Origin: an uncultured bacterium
Lineage (GTDB): Bacteria; Desulfobacterota_D; UBA1144; Nemesobacterales; UBA2774
Direction: 5' to 3'
Assembly (NCBI GenBank): GCA_963705505.1
Contig: CAVPJU010000006.1
Span: 256,001-320,000 of the forward strand
Length of the DNA: 64,000 bases
The translations under genes were made by a program, and so were the position numbers. This document shows positions 55,916 through 64,000 of the stretch, one piece after another; position 1 is the stretch's first letter; each line of letters starts with the position of its first letter. The notes below the pieces were generated by a model that was given only the letters and a program-made list of their open reading frames with translations, was not told the origin of the DNA and made no database searches.

Positions 55916-56120
55916 TGTTCCTCCTATTTTCAGAGTGTTTTATCAGGAAGCTGTGCAAGATTGTAATTCTAGCTTACCAGTTGACGATCGAGAATCCCAC
56001 CCCGGGGCGCGATCCCTGGTTATCCATTGCGGTCCCGGCGATGGGGTATCAGCTGGCTAAAGTAAAATGGGCAACAATCGCGCCATGAAAGCTTTACAAT
56101 CGAAGCCATACGCGTAATCT

Positions 56121-56889
56121 ATGGGTGAGCGCTCACTCAATCTATGCACGGGATTTAAATTGAAACGGATAATCACGAACGGCGACCAAAATTTCTCGAT
56201 ATTCGATTCCGCCTATAGGCCGTTTTTTATACTGGCGACGGTGTCATCGTTGTTTTATATGACCTTATGGACGGCTTTCTATACCTTCAAGCTCAGGCTG
56301 AATTTTGAAAATATATCCCCGACTATGTGGCATGCGCACGAGATGCTGTTCGGTTACGCAATCGTAGTAATAGCAGGTTTTTTGTTAACGATTGAGAAGT
56401 ACAGGTTCGGGACCTGATAAGCAAAAAATCCGCGCTCATTATATTGATAATTCTTTGGATACTCGCAAGGGTGTCTATCTCGGCGGGCCGAATGGATGTA
56501 CACCCATATTGATCAGAACGGTCGCTTATGCCTGGATCGCGGTCGGGTTCGGCCTCAAGTTCTTGTCCCTTTATTTCAACATCCCGGAGCTGCCGGCGCT
56601 CCACAGCTTCACGTACGGCGGGATCGGTATCATGACGGTCGGATTCATGTCCCGCGTGACTCTGGGGCATACCGGCAGGAACGTATTCGCGCCGCCGAAG
56701 ATAGTGTTCTGGATTTTTGCCGTTTTACTCGCGGGAGCTATCGTAAGAGTATTCTTCCCGTTAATAGACAGCGGCAATTACCCGCTCTGGATCGCTATAT
56801 CACAAATATTATGGATTGTATCGTTCCTTATTTTTGCGATCGTATTCCTGCCGATGTTATGGAAACCCTCTGTAGAGAAAAGGGCATGA
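56121..56889 (+). pseudogene. nnrS: NnrS family gene, frameshifted and internally deleted
   Basis: N-part YRPFF...WHAHEMLFG, short LWILAR segment in another frame, C-part MSRVTLGHTGR; much shorter than a full NnrS. Confidence 0.8.
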
Positions 56890-56948
56890 GCATCTTATGA
56901 CTGTGGAAAGTAAAGACGCAGGCTCTTCTCCGTCGTCGGTCTGAAGAG

Positions 56949-57898
56949 TTACGGAAGCTTATCACGCTCGAGCGCCTGACGGTCCCACTTTGCGAGATTC
57001 GCAGCCGCCTCATAGGTGCTCTGGAGGAAATCGAGGAGCATAGCGTCAGGCCGACCGGCCTTTCTGACTTCGTCGTACGGAAGGAGGAACTCTCCGAGAT
57101 CGGTGTTGTAGAATAGCGCCTGACGGCTTCACAGGGGCGTCCTTAAACCCCTCGGGCGCGGGGTATGCATAGGCGTAGAACACCGGATAGGGCACAGGGC
57201 CGCCGCCCGGCCAGAACCCGCAGCTGCTCACCTCGTGAGAGTAGGCTTCCCGCGCGACGACGTCGGGAAGGTGCGGCACGCCGCCCGGATGCGGAGGAGC
57301 GGTCCGCCCGGAAAACCGCGTCACTGCCATGTCGAAGCTACCCCAGAAGAAATGCACCGGGCTGCACTTGCCGATGAACCGCGCGCGGAACTCCTTGAAC
57401 ACGCGGTCTGTCTGGACGAGGATACGCCAGAAACGGTTGGCGTAGTCAGGGTCGTAAGAAGCGTGCTGCTCGTCTTTCTCGAACGGAACAGGGTCGGCGA
57501 CCTCATTCGGAAGTGTGTGGATGTGAATGTCCAGACCGAGCTCCCGGAGTTTAGCCATGACCTCCCTGTAGAAATCCGCGACCGAGCGCGGACTTGAGGT
57601 CGATAAGCCGAACATCACCATCGCTCGTCTCGATCACAAGCTTATGGTCTATAAAATCGAAATCGATCTGGAAGGTCCTTTCACCGTAAGGAATGGGGGA
57701 AGTCGTTAACCCCCGGCAGGTGACATACAGTGTCACGTGCCATGAATGGTTGATCCAGGGGGTCAGAGCGAACCTGACCTTGCCTACGATCTGAGTCCAC
57801 ATGTGGAGGGTCGCATATGTGTCCTTCCACTCCTCAAGCGGCAGACTCGGCCATGCTTCCCTTTTGTCGCTGCTCTTTGAACGGTCCGAAGACGACAT
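56949..57898 (-). CDS. DUF5996 family protein, two 1-nt frameshifts near 57593 and 57114
   Basis: TLHMWTQIVGKVR, NHSWHVTLYV, SPVHFFWGSFD, EAYSHE, EFLLPYD, FLQSTYEAAA. Confidence 0.8.
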
Positions 57899-58068
57899 GA
57901 TAGACCTCCGTCACTTCCATCGACTTATTGCAGGTACAACTATTCAGTATAGCATAAACACACCATGCTACTCGGATAAATTGATGGATAGTCCGTCGCG
58001 CTTCAGCCCGAGAAGAACATGTATTACGGGTCTGAATATTCCGAAGCGATTCCGAATCGGTGACGGTG

Positions 58069-58503
58069 CTAATCGCCTAACTTCTTAACAGGGGCTTCGA
58101 CTTTGATATCCCCCGCGTTTTCGAACTTAAGATCGAGCTCGATCTTATCCTTATCCGTGACCGGTTCTTTTAAGTCCATCAGCATGACGTGAGTCCCGCC
58201 CGGCTTGAGCTCGACGCTTTTCCCGGCGGGGATAACGAGCGCATCGACCATATTCATATTGGCGACACCCTCATTGTCGATGACGGTCTGATGGATCATG
58301 GTGCTTCCTGAAATGCTGCTCGTAACGCTGAGCAGCTTGTCGTCTGCATTCCCTTCATTCGTAATAGTCATGTAAGCAGCGGCGACCGGCGACGAAGGCG
58401 GGACCTTCCCTATCCATGCATCCTTCACCACGATCTTGCTCTGGCCGAAGGACAATTGAGTCAGCACAAATAAAACCGCGAGCGAAAACAGATACTTTTT
58501 CAT
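58069..58503 (-). CDS. Periplasmic copper chaperone PCu(A)C
   Basis: Signal peptide, AAYMTITN, H...M...LKPGGTHVML copper motif. Confidence 0.92.
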   Translation of the reverse strand: MKKYLFSLAVLFVLTQLSFGQSKIVVKDAWIGKVPPSSPVAAAYMTITNEGNADDKLLSVTSSISGSTMIHQTVIDNEGVANMNMVDALVIPAGKSVELKPGGTHVMLMDLKEPVTDKDKIELDLKFENAGDIKVEAPVKKLGD

Positions 58504-58600
58504 TTTAATCTCCTTTAATCATGTATTTGTCTGTCATTTTCAAAACTTATACATTCAATTTTAAAGCAGTATTCGACATAGCATCCATCCCCTTCGTCTT

Positions 58601-59594
58601 TCATTTCCCGACGCTATGCACGTGCTCATGCCCGGCGTGAGAAAGATGTTTCGCCGGCATATTGTGAAGAAGAAGCGCCGTGCATACCAGAAGCGCTGCG
58701 ATAAGAACCGCCTCCGCCCCGACCTTACGTATGAGCCCGGTAACCGTCGCGCCGTTCTCCTCCCGGGAGCCCGTGGACCGGGTAATTCGCGGAATGCTGA
58801 TGTAGCGGTTCGATGCGGCGAGTATAACGAGCACAGCGAGGAGCATTATCTTAAGTAGAATGATTTTACCGTAAGCGGTCTCCCGGAGGGCGCGGAAACT
58901 CCCTACCTCGGTCCATCCGTTGTATGCGGCGGTTATTACAATAGCGAAGAGCGCAACGCCCGCAAGACCGGAGAACCGGACGGCAATGTCCGCGATATAC
59001 TTACGGCGCTCTCCCGGGAGCCGGAATATCGACGGGAAAACGGCCAGGGAAAGCGTAATGAGACCTCCTCCCCATATTGACGCAGCCATCAGATGAAGCC
59101 AATCCGAAATCTCAGGCAGGCTGAAATCCCCCGCGTCTGCCGCATGCCCCGAAGCGCTGCGGGTGGCCGCTATCACCGCTGCAGCAATAAACATGCAAAT
59201 CGAATACCGGCGTGCGTACAGGTCCCTCCCGCCGACCAGCCACGCTGCGCATAATACAGGCGACGGCGGCTATGCGTATCAGCCACACCCGACCATAATG
59301 GGTTTTGAACAGGACCGTCGGCACAAGAGATAAACCGGCCGCCAAAGGGAGTCCGCTCATCTCGGCTGTACGTGTGAGGAGAAGAACGGAGCTGCTCAAA
59401 ACAAGCATTGCAGCCGTGAGGCCGATCAGCTTCCACACATTAGCCAGGAGCAGCCCCTCGTCCCGCTTGTCCGAGATGCTGCCGGTCACATGCAGTACCC
59501 ATATTCGGCAGGAAAGAGCACCGATGCAGGCGGTCAGGGCCAATAGGTCGAATAATGTCGGGGCGCTGTGTCCGAATTTATCCAGGATCATCAT
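58601..59594 (-). CDS. copD: CopD family inner-membrane copper protein, frameshift near 59252
   Basis: THYGRVW, SASGHA, DWLHLMAASIWGGGL, TAYGKIILLK; His-rich tail KHLSHAGHEHVH. Confidence 0.85.
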
Positions 59595-59600
59595 ATCCTC

Positions 59601-59969
59601 TTATTTTACCGTGAACGTATAGCTCCCCTCGGTACGATGACCGTCCCTCGAGACAGCGGTCCAGATAACCCTGTAGATACCCGCGGGAAGCGGAGGCAGG
59701 TCCACCTCAAGCAGCTTCGCATCGGATTTGTCAACGTGCCCTTCTCCCTTATCCACCCTCTGCGAATCGGCATTCTCGACCCGAATCTCGCTGAATTCGT
59801 CCTCTAGCTCACTGTCGAACCAGACGCGGGCCTGCGGCGGCGAAGCGCTTATGGTCGATCCCACCCTGGGGTCCGAATGATCGGGGAATGCATGCCCCCA
59901 GGCCGCCATCGTCTGAGCGCCCGCGTATATGAGACCCAACAGTATAAAGACGTTTAATACTTGCCTCAT
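59601..59969 (-). CDS. copC: CopC periplasmic copper-binding protein
   Basis: Signal peptide then HAFPDHSDP; YRVIWTAVSRDGHRTEG. Confidence 0.92.
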   Translation of the reverse strand: MRQVLNVFILLGLIYAGAQTMAAWGHAFPDHSDPRVGSTISASPPQARVWFDSELEDEFSEIRVENADSQRVDKGEGHVDKSDAKLLEVDLPPLPAGIYRVIWTAVSRDGHRTEGSYTFTVK

Positions 59970-59982
59970 AGTTCTTGATCTC

Positions 59983-60883
59983 CTATCTGAAAATAGGCCT
60001 CCCGAGACTATCCGGGAAGAGGTCATCGATGAAGACGTGGAAAAGGGCGAGAACCCCGACCCCGTCGCCTGAGTTGTCGTTGATCGGAATTTGGGCCTCG
60101 ATCCCGAGCTGAATATACTTACCGAACCATATAATACCGGGGTTGACGAAGCCCGTCGGTTTCACCGCCGCTGCCCTGATTCAAAGCCGTTTCAAACGGG
60201 AACTCCACGACAAGAATCATCCTGTTAAGCGGCACCGGGAGTCCAACATCCTTCACGAAAGCCTCAAGATACTGAAAACTGTATTGGATGGTAAACCCGT
60301 ATTCAAATACGTCCGGCTCTTCGCTATCGATTGTGAAGGCAGGGCCGATTACGCCGGTAATAGCAAGCGGCCTCAGGAACCTCAGAGTCTCAGGCAGGTC
60401 TCCGAACCCTTTCCCGAAGAATAAGCCGGGAGCGAGTGTCGTGAAATCATCGGCGTCAACGGAGCTATCCCCGGTGTGGCCGATCTCGGCATCCACGCCA
60501 ATCGACATGATAGCCTCGTGTGGGGCGTTCGTAAGGAACTGGTACTTAAGACCCACGCCGAGGTTCGAAAATCCGTGCTGGGTTTTTTCTCCCTTGGCTT
60601 TTATAAACTCGTACGAATCTCCGACCGCTAAACCGAAGTGCGGCGTAATGCGTTTGGAATACTCGACCGACAGCTCGTAATTCTGTGCGTCCTCCTCGTC
60701 CTTCAGATAACCGAAGAGAAACGAAAACTCGTCCGAGACGAACGGGTCTTCAACTGATAATGTGGTGGGGAAAAAACGCTTGCCAGCATATCCGTGCGAC
60801 CAGGACGACGCCGGCATTGAAACTAAAATCAGAACAAAAGCGATTCCGCATAATAGCTGTAATTTATATTTAATATACAACAT
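59983..60883 (-). CDS. Putative outer-membrane beta-barrel protein of the copper operon, frameshift near 60158
   Basis: Signal peptide then HGYAGKRFFPTTL; amphipathic strands; C-terminal part continues in ORF 59983-60165. Confidence 0.75.
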
Positions 60884-60973
60884 AGGACTCCTCCTCTATG
60901 CAATAGATTGCAGCCGCGAAAGAGTCTGGCTTTCCGCAGCTGAATTCTTTTTATATGAAATGAAAAAGTGAGG

Positions 60974-61360
60974 TTAAGAAATTAAGAAAGGAGGGGAACG
61001 GTTGGTGTTGCTTAAGGTAACTAACTCGTATTTTACTTCCCGCTCATAAATACGCAGGAAATTTATATCGGCATTGTATGAAAAAAGATTATTTCCATTA
61101 AGACCGACCAGCTGATGATTATTATTGGAAATAGCGGTCTGATTCAAACTGAATAAAGATTGTTCTCCGGGGTTGCTGCCCCTGCTGGAAAGGCTCGAAC
61201 TGCTCATGCCCTTCAAAACTATAATCGTCCCCATACAGGGCGTGTTTGTAAACTCAATCTTTCCGGATTCGTCATGGGAAACGGAAAAGAGTATAAAAAA
61301 TAGAGCTATTACGGGAACAAGCAGGTATCTGAGGTGTGAATATTCGATATGAGCAGCCAT
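60974..61360 (-). CDS. Candidate leader/arrest peptide with N-terminal TM and C-terminal RSPP motif
   Basis: LLVPVIALFFILFSV hydrophobic segment, Ser/Asn-rich spacer, ends NRSPPFLIS, 90 nt upstream of the cop operon. Confidence 0.65.
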   Translation of the reverse strand: MAAHIEYSHLRYLLVPVIALFFILFSVSHDESGKIEFTNTPCMGTIIVLKGMSSSSLSSRGSNPGEQSLFSLNQTAISNNNHQLVGLNGNNLFSYNADINFLRIYEREVKYELVTLSNTNRSPPFLIS

Positions 61361-61596
61361 TAATAAGGTTTAAATTACCATGATTTTGAATGGGTTGTAA
61401 AGGGGGGATGAGACCTCCAAACCCCAACCCGTTTGAATATCTTAGCGAATTACTACCCGCAATCAGTATTTGTTCCTGCCTCATTTCGAATCCCAGTGTT
61501 ATATGATCAAGCGCGGATTTGGAGTAAAGAAGGTTATACATTATTAAGGCAATAACCAGTAATGAATGACAGATATGTGAATTGTTATCTCGCGGA

Positions 61597-62106
61597 TTAG
61601 GTCTTCGGGTGTTTATAGGAAAGGTATAACAATACGAAACCGACGGCGGGAAGTATAATGTCGGTGGGCAGAACCAGCCCCACATTACCGGGCGAGTAAT
61701 TATGCTCAACGATCATTTGATAGATATGCCCGCCCGCGGCGCCCAGTGAGAAAACGGCAGGCGGGATGAAGGCGGCGACCCGAAAGGGTAATCCCGCCCG
61801 GAAAGCCAGCACACCGACGATCCCTATTCCAAGACTCGCAAAACCTACCTCTGCCTGGAAGGGACTCTGCTCCCAGCCGATGAACCGCGCAGCCATATCC
61901 CCGAAAAAAACATGAAAAACAAAATTGACGAGGTTGTTTATGCCTATTGCAAAAAGCATATAATAAGACAGGAGAGCCTCGGCGACCACGTTTGCAGTGC
62001 GGGGCTTCGGTTTATTTCCGAGCGACAGGAATCCCGCGATCAGACCTATGATCAGGAGGGTCAAAAAATAATTCCCGACAACCAGCGTAATAATGTCTCT
62101 AACCAT
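61597..62106 (-). CDS. DUF6790-like membrane protein
   Basis: IGWEQSPFQAEVGFASLG, GHIYQM, NYSPGN; several TMs. Confidence 0.75.
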   Translation of the reverse strand: MVRDIITLVVGNYFLTLLIIGLIAGFLSLGNKPKPRTANVVAEALLSYYMLFAIGINNLVNFVFHVFFGDMAARFIGWEQSPFQAEVGFASLGIGIVGVLAFRAGLPFRVAAFIPPAVFSLGAAGGHIYQMIVEHNYSPGNVGLVLPTDIILPAVGFVLLYLSYKHPKT

Positions 62107-62223
62107 TTCGATATTTGCGGCCTGGCAAATATTTAGCCGGATTTGTGTAAGAATACTACTTGCGGTTCACGAAAATATAAAGGCGGGTCCCGTATTCAGC
62201 TGTCCGCGCACATTTTCCCGGGA

Positions 62224-62820
62224 TCATCCAACCTTGCGCCACTCGAGCAGCCGGTTATTCGCCGGCATTTCGTGGTCCTTGACGAGCTTCAAGCCCGTCC
62301 GCTCAGCGAGGGAATTTACCCACTCGAAATCGCGGATGGCGCTTTGGGGATTTTGATTATGCAGCCAGGCGTCGAATTTCTCGTTGCTCTCGCTCGTATA
62401 TTTTCCGTTGTAATTAAAAGGCCCGTATATGCACAGCGTCCCGCCGTGCTTAAGCACAGGCTCCATGCCGTCGAACATGCATTCGATTTTGGACTTAGCC
62501 ATTATATGTAAGGTGTTTGCCGTAAAAATCGCGTCTGCTTCCCCGACAGGCCAAAGGGCGTCAGAAACATTCAGCACGACCGGCTCTTTGATGTTGGGCA
62601 GCTTCGCTTCATCGAACCAGAGCTTCATGCCCGGAATATTTTCCGCTACATCAGAAGGCTGCCAGACCAGGTGGGGAAGATTACGAGCGAAGTGGACGGC
62701 GTGCTGCCCTGTGCCGCTCCCGATTTCCAATACGATAGACGCATCCCGAAACGCATCTCTCAGAATCTTTAGTATTGGCTCTTTATTATTTTCGCAGGAC
62801 TGACTGAAGGGTTTTTCCAT
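62224..62820 (-). CDS. DUF938 family SAM-dependent methyltransferase
   Basis: NKEPIL, VLEIGSGTGQH, WQPSD, YGPF, MPANN. Confidence 0.92.
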   Translation of the reverse strand: MEKPFSQSCENNKEPILKILRDAFRDASIVLEIGSGTGQHAVHFARNLPHLVWQPSDVAENIPGMKLWFDEAKLPNIKEPVVLNVSDALWPVGEADAIFTANTLHIMAKSKIECMFDGMEPVLKHGGTLCIYGPFNYNGKYTSESNEKFDAWLHNQNPQSAIRDFEWVNSLAERTGLKLVKDHEMPANNRLLEWRKVG

Positions 62821-62875
62821 CGGAATAAACAAACTGCCGCTTACACGCAAGCATGCGGCTATCAGCTATAAAAAC

Positions 62876-64000
62876 TCACTGACTGTACTTCTTCTCCCTC
62901 TTAAGCTCGATCTCCCTTTTCGATGCCGTGAGCTCGAATTTGCGGAGCCTCTGGGTCTGCGGAGTAATTTCGACAAGCTCGTCCTCGGCGATGAACTCTA
63001 TCGCCTGATCGAGTGATAGCGGCCTCGGCGGTCTCAGAACGACTGTGGTCTCCGCAGTCGAGCTCCTCATGTTGGTGAGCTTCTTCTCCTTAGTGATGTT
63101 CACGTTCAGGTCTCCGCTCCTGTTCCTCTCCCCGACGATCATCCCCTCATATACATCGGTGCCGACATCGACAAAAAGCTCTCCCCTGTCGGCCATGGAT
63201 AGGCACGCGTAAGTAGTCACCTTCCCGCCCCTGTCGGAGACGAGCGCGCCCGTAGACCTCTGAGGTATGGGGCCATACCACGGCTCATAACCTTCAAAGA
63301 GGGTATTTATTACGCCCGAGCCCTTTGTGATTATCTGGAACTGGCTTCTGAAACCGATCAGCCCTCTGGATGGGATAAGGAACTCGATATCCACCCTCCC
63401 GTTCCCGTTGTTACGGAGGTTTTCCATGCGCCCCTTTCTCGATGATATGACCTCGGTTACAGCACCCACAAACGCCTCGGGGACGTCGACGAATATACGC
63501 TCGACCGGCTCCGTGACCTTTCCGTTTTCGTTCTTTGTCAAAACCCTGGGCTTTGAGACCATGAATTCATAGCCTTCGCGTCTCATCATTTCTATTAACA
63601 CGACCATCTGAAGCTCGCCGCGGCCGGAAACCTCGAAGGCATCGGCCCTTTCCATCTCCTTGACTTCGATGGCGACGTTCCCGAGCTTCTCCCTCAAGAG
63701 CCTGTCCCGCAAATGGCGGGAGGTGAGGAATTTACCCTCCTTGCCCGCGAAAGGACTGTTGTTAACATAGAAGATCATGGAGATCGTAGGCTCGTCCACT
63801 TTTATACGCTCTAGCGGCACGGGGTTTTCCAGGTTCGATACCGTATCGCCGATCTTCACGTCTTCCTCGCCGGCGATGGACGCTATGTCCCCCGCTTCTA
63901 CCAATGCCACCTGTGTTTTCTGGAGGCCGCTGAACGTATAAAGGACCGAAATCTTGATCGGAGTGTTTGTACCCCCTTCCCCGCACAAGGCGTAGCTTTT
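62876..64000 (-). CDS. typA: Translational GTPase TypA/BipA, 5'-truncated by the window edge
   Basis: NNSPFAGKEG, VSGRGEL, EMMRREGYE, PSRGLIG, KKLTNMRS, DELVEITP. Confidence 0.96.
   Translation of the reverse strand, partial: KSYALCGEGGTNTPIKISVLYTFSGLQKTQVALVEAGDIASIAGEEDVKIGDTVSNLENPVPLERIKVDEPTISMIFYVNNSPFAGKEGKFLTSRHLRDRLLREKLGNVAIEVKEMERADAFEVSGRGELQMVVLIEMMRREGYEFMVSKPRVLTKNENGKVTEPVERIFVDVPEAFVGAVTEVISSRKGRMENLRNNGNGRVDIEFLIPSRGLIGFRSQFQIITKGSGVINTLFEGYEPWYGPIPQRSTGALVSDRGGKVTTYACLSMADRGELFVDVGTDVYEGMIVGERNRSGDLNVNITKEKKLTNMRSSTAETTVVLRPPRPLSLDQAIEFIAEDELVEITPQTQRLRKFELTASKREIELKREKKYSQ

Noticed and set aside
56038..56047. Third tRNA-derived att copy (CCCCATCGCC on the minus strand)
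   Set aside because: Only 10 nt and inverted; compatible with chance
1..64000. Many antisense and overlapping ORFs of 60-230 aa; CRISPR arrays, IS elements, integrases, rRNA
   Set aside because: The shadow ORFs lie over well-supported genes and have no motifs; no repeat-spacer array, transposase, integrase or rRNA was recognised

Overview
Bacterial chromosomal segment, mostly housekeeping genes with accessory insertions. Gene content and protein style suggest a deltaproteobacteria-related lineage such as Dadabacteria/Desulfobacterota, which is an unverified inference. Core genes include lepA, a phosphomannomutase, trpE/trpG, tadA, rpmH-rnpA-yidD-yidC-jag (no dnaA next to it), pncB, gltX, coaE, a three-subunit acyl-CoA carboxylase, rsmA, ftsB, thrC, thiE, leuS, a family-4 UDG, tRNA-Arg(CCG) and a partial typA. 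Highlights: (1) a 128-aa membrane-targeted ORF ending in an RSPP motif directly upstream of a copper operon (outer-membrane barrel, copC, copD, PCuAC), whose RSPP codons are complementary to the next gene's Shine-Dalgarno, making it a candidate ribosome-arrest leader lacking the CxxC of known copper leaders; (2) ftsB overlapping a TM-GAF-GAF-GGDEF cyclase gene followed by rsmA, resembling the myxobacterial division-linked DmxA locus; (3) a c-di-GMP-I riboswitch ahead of an unknown membrane-anchored protein; (4) a 1.8-kb integrase-less island bounded by a 40-bp repeat of the tRNA-Arg 3' end, with the tRNA overlapping the UDG stop codon; (5) tandem CoA-ligase paralogues with non-canonical adenylation motifs; (6) several housekeeping genes that look leaderless. 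About seven single-base frameshifts are most likely sequencing or assembly errors.
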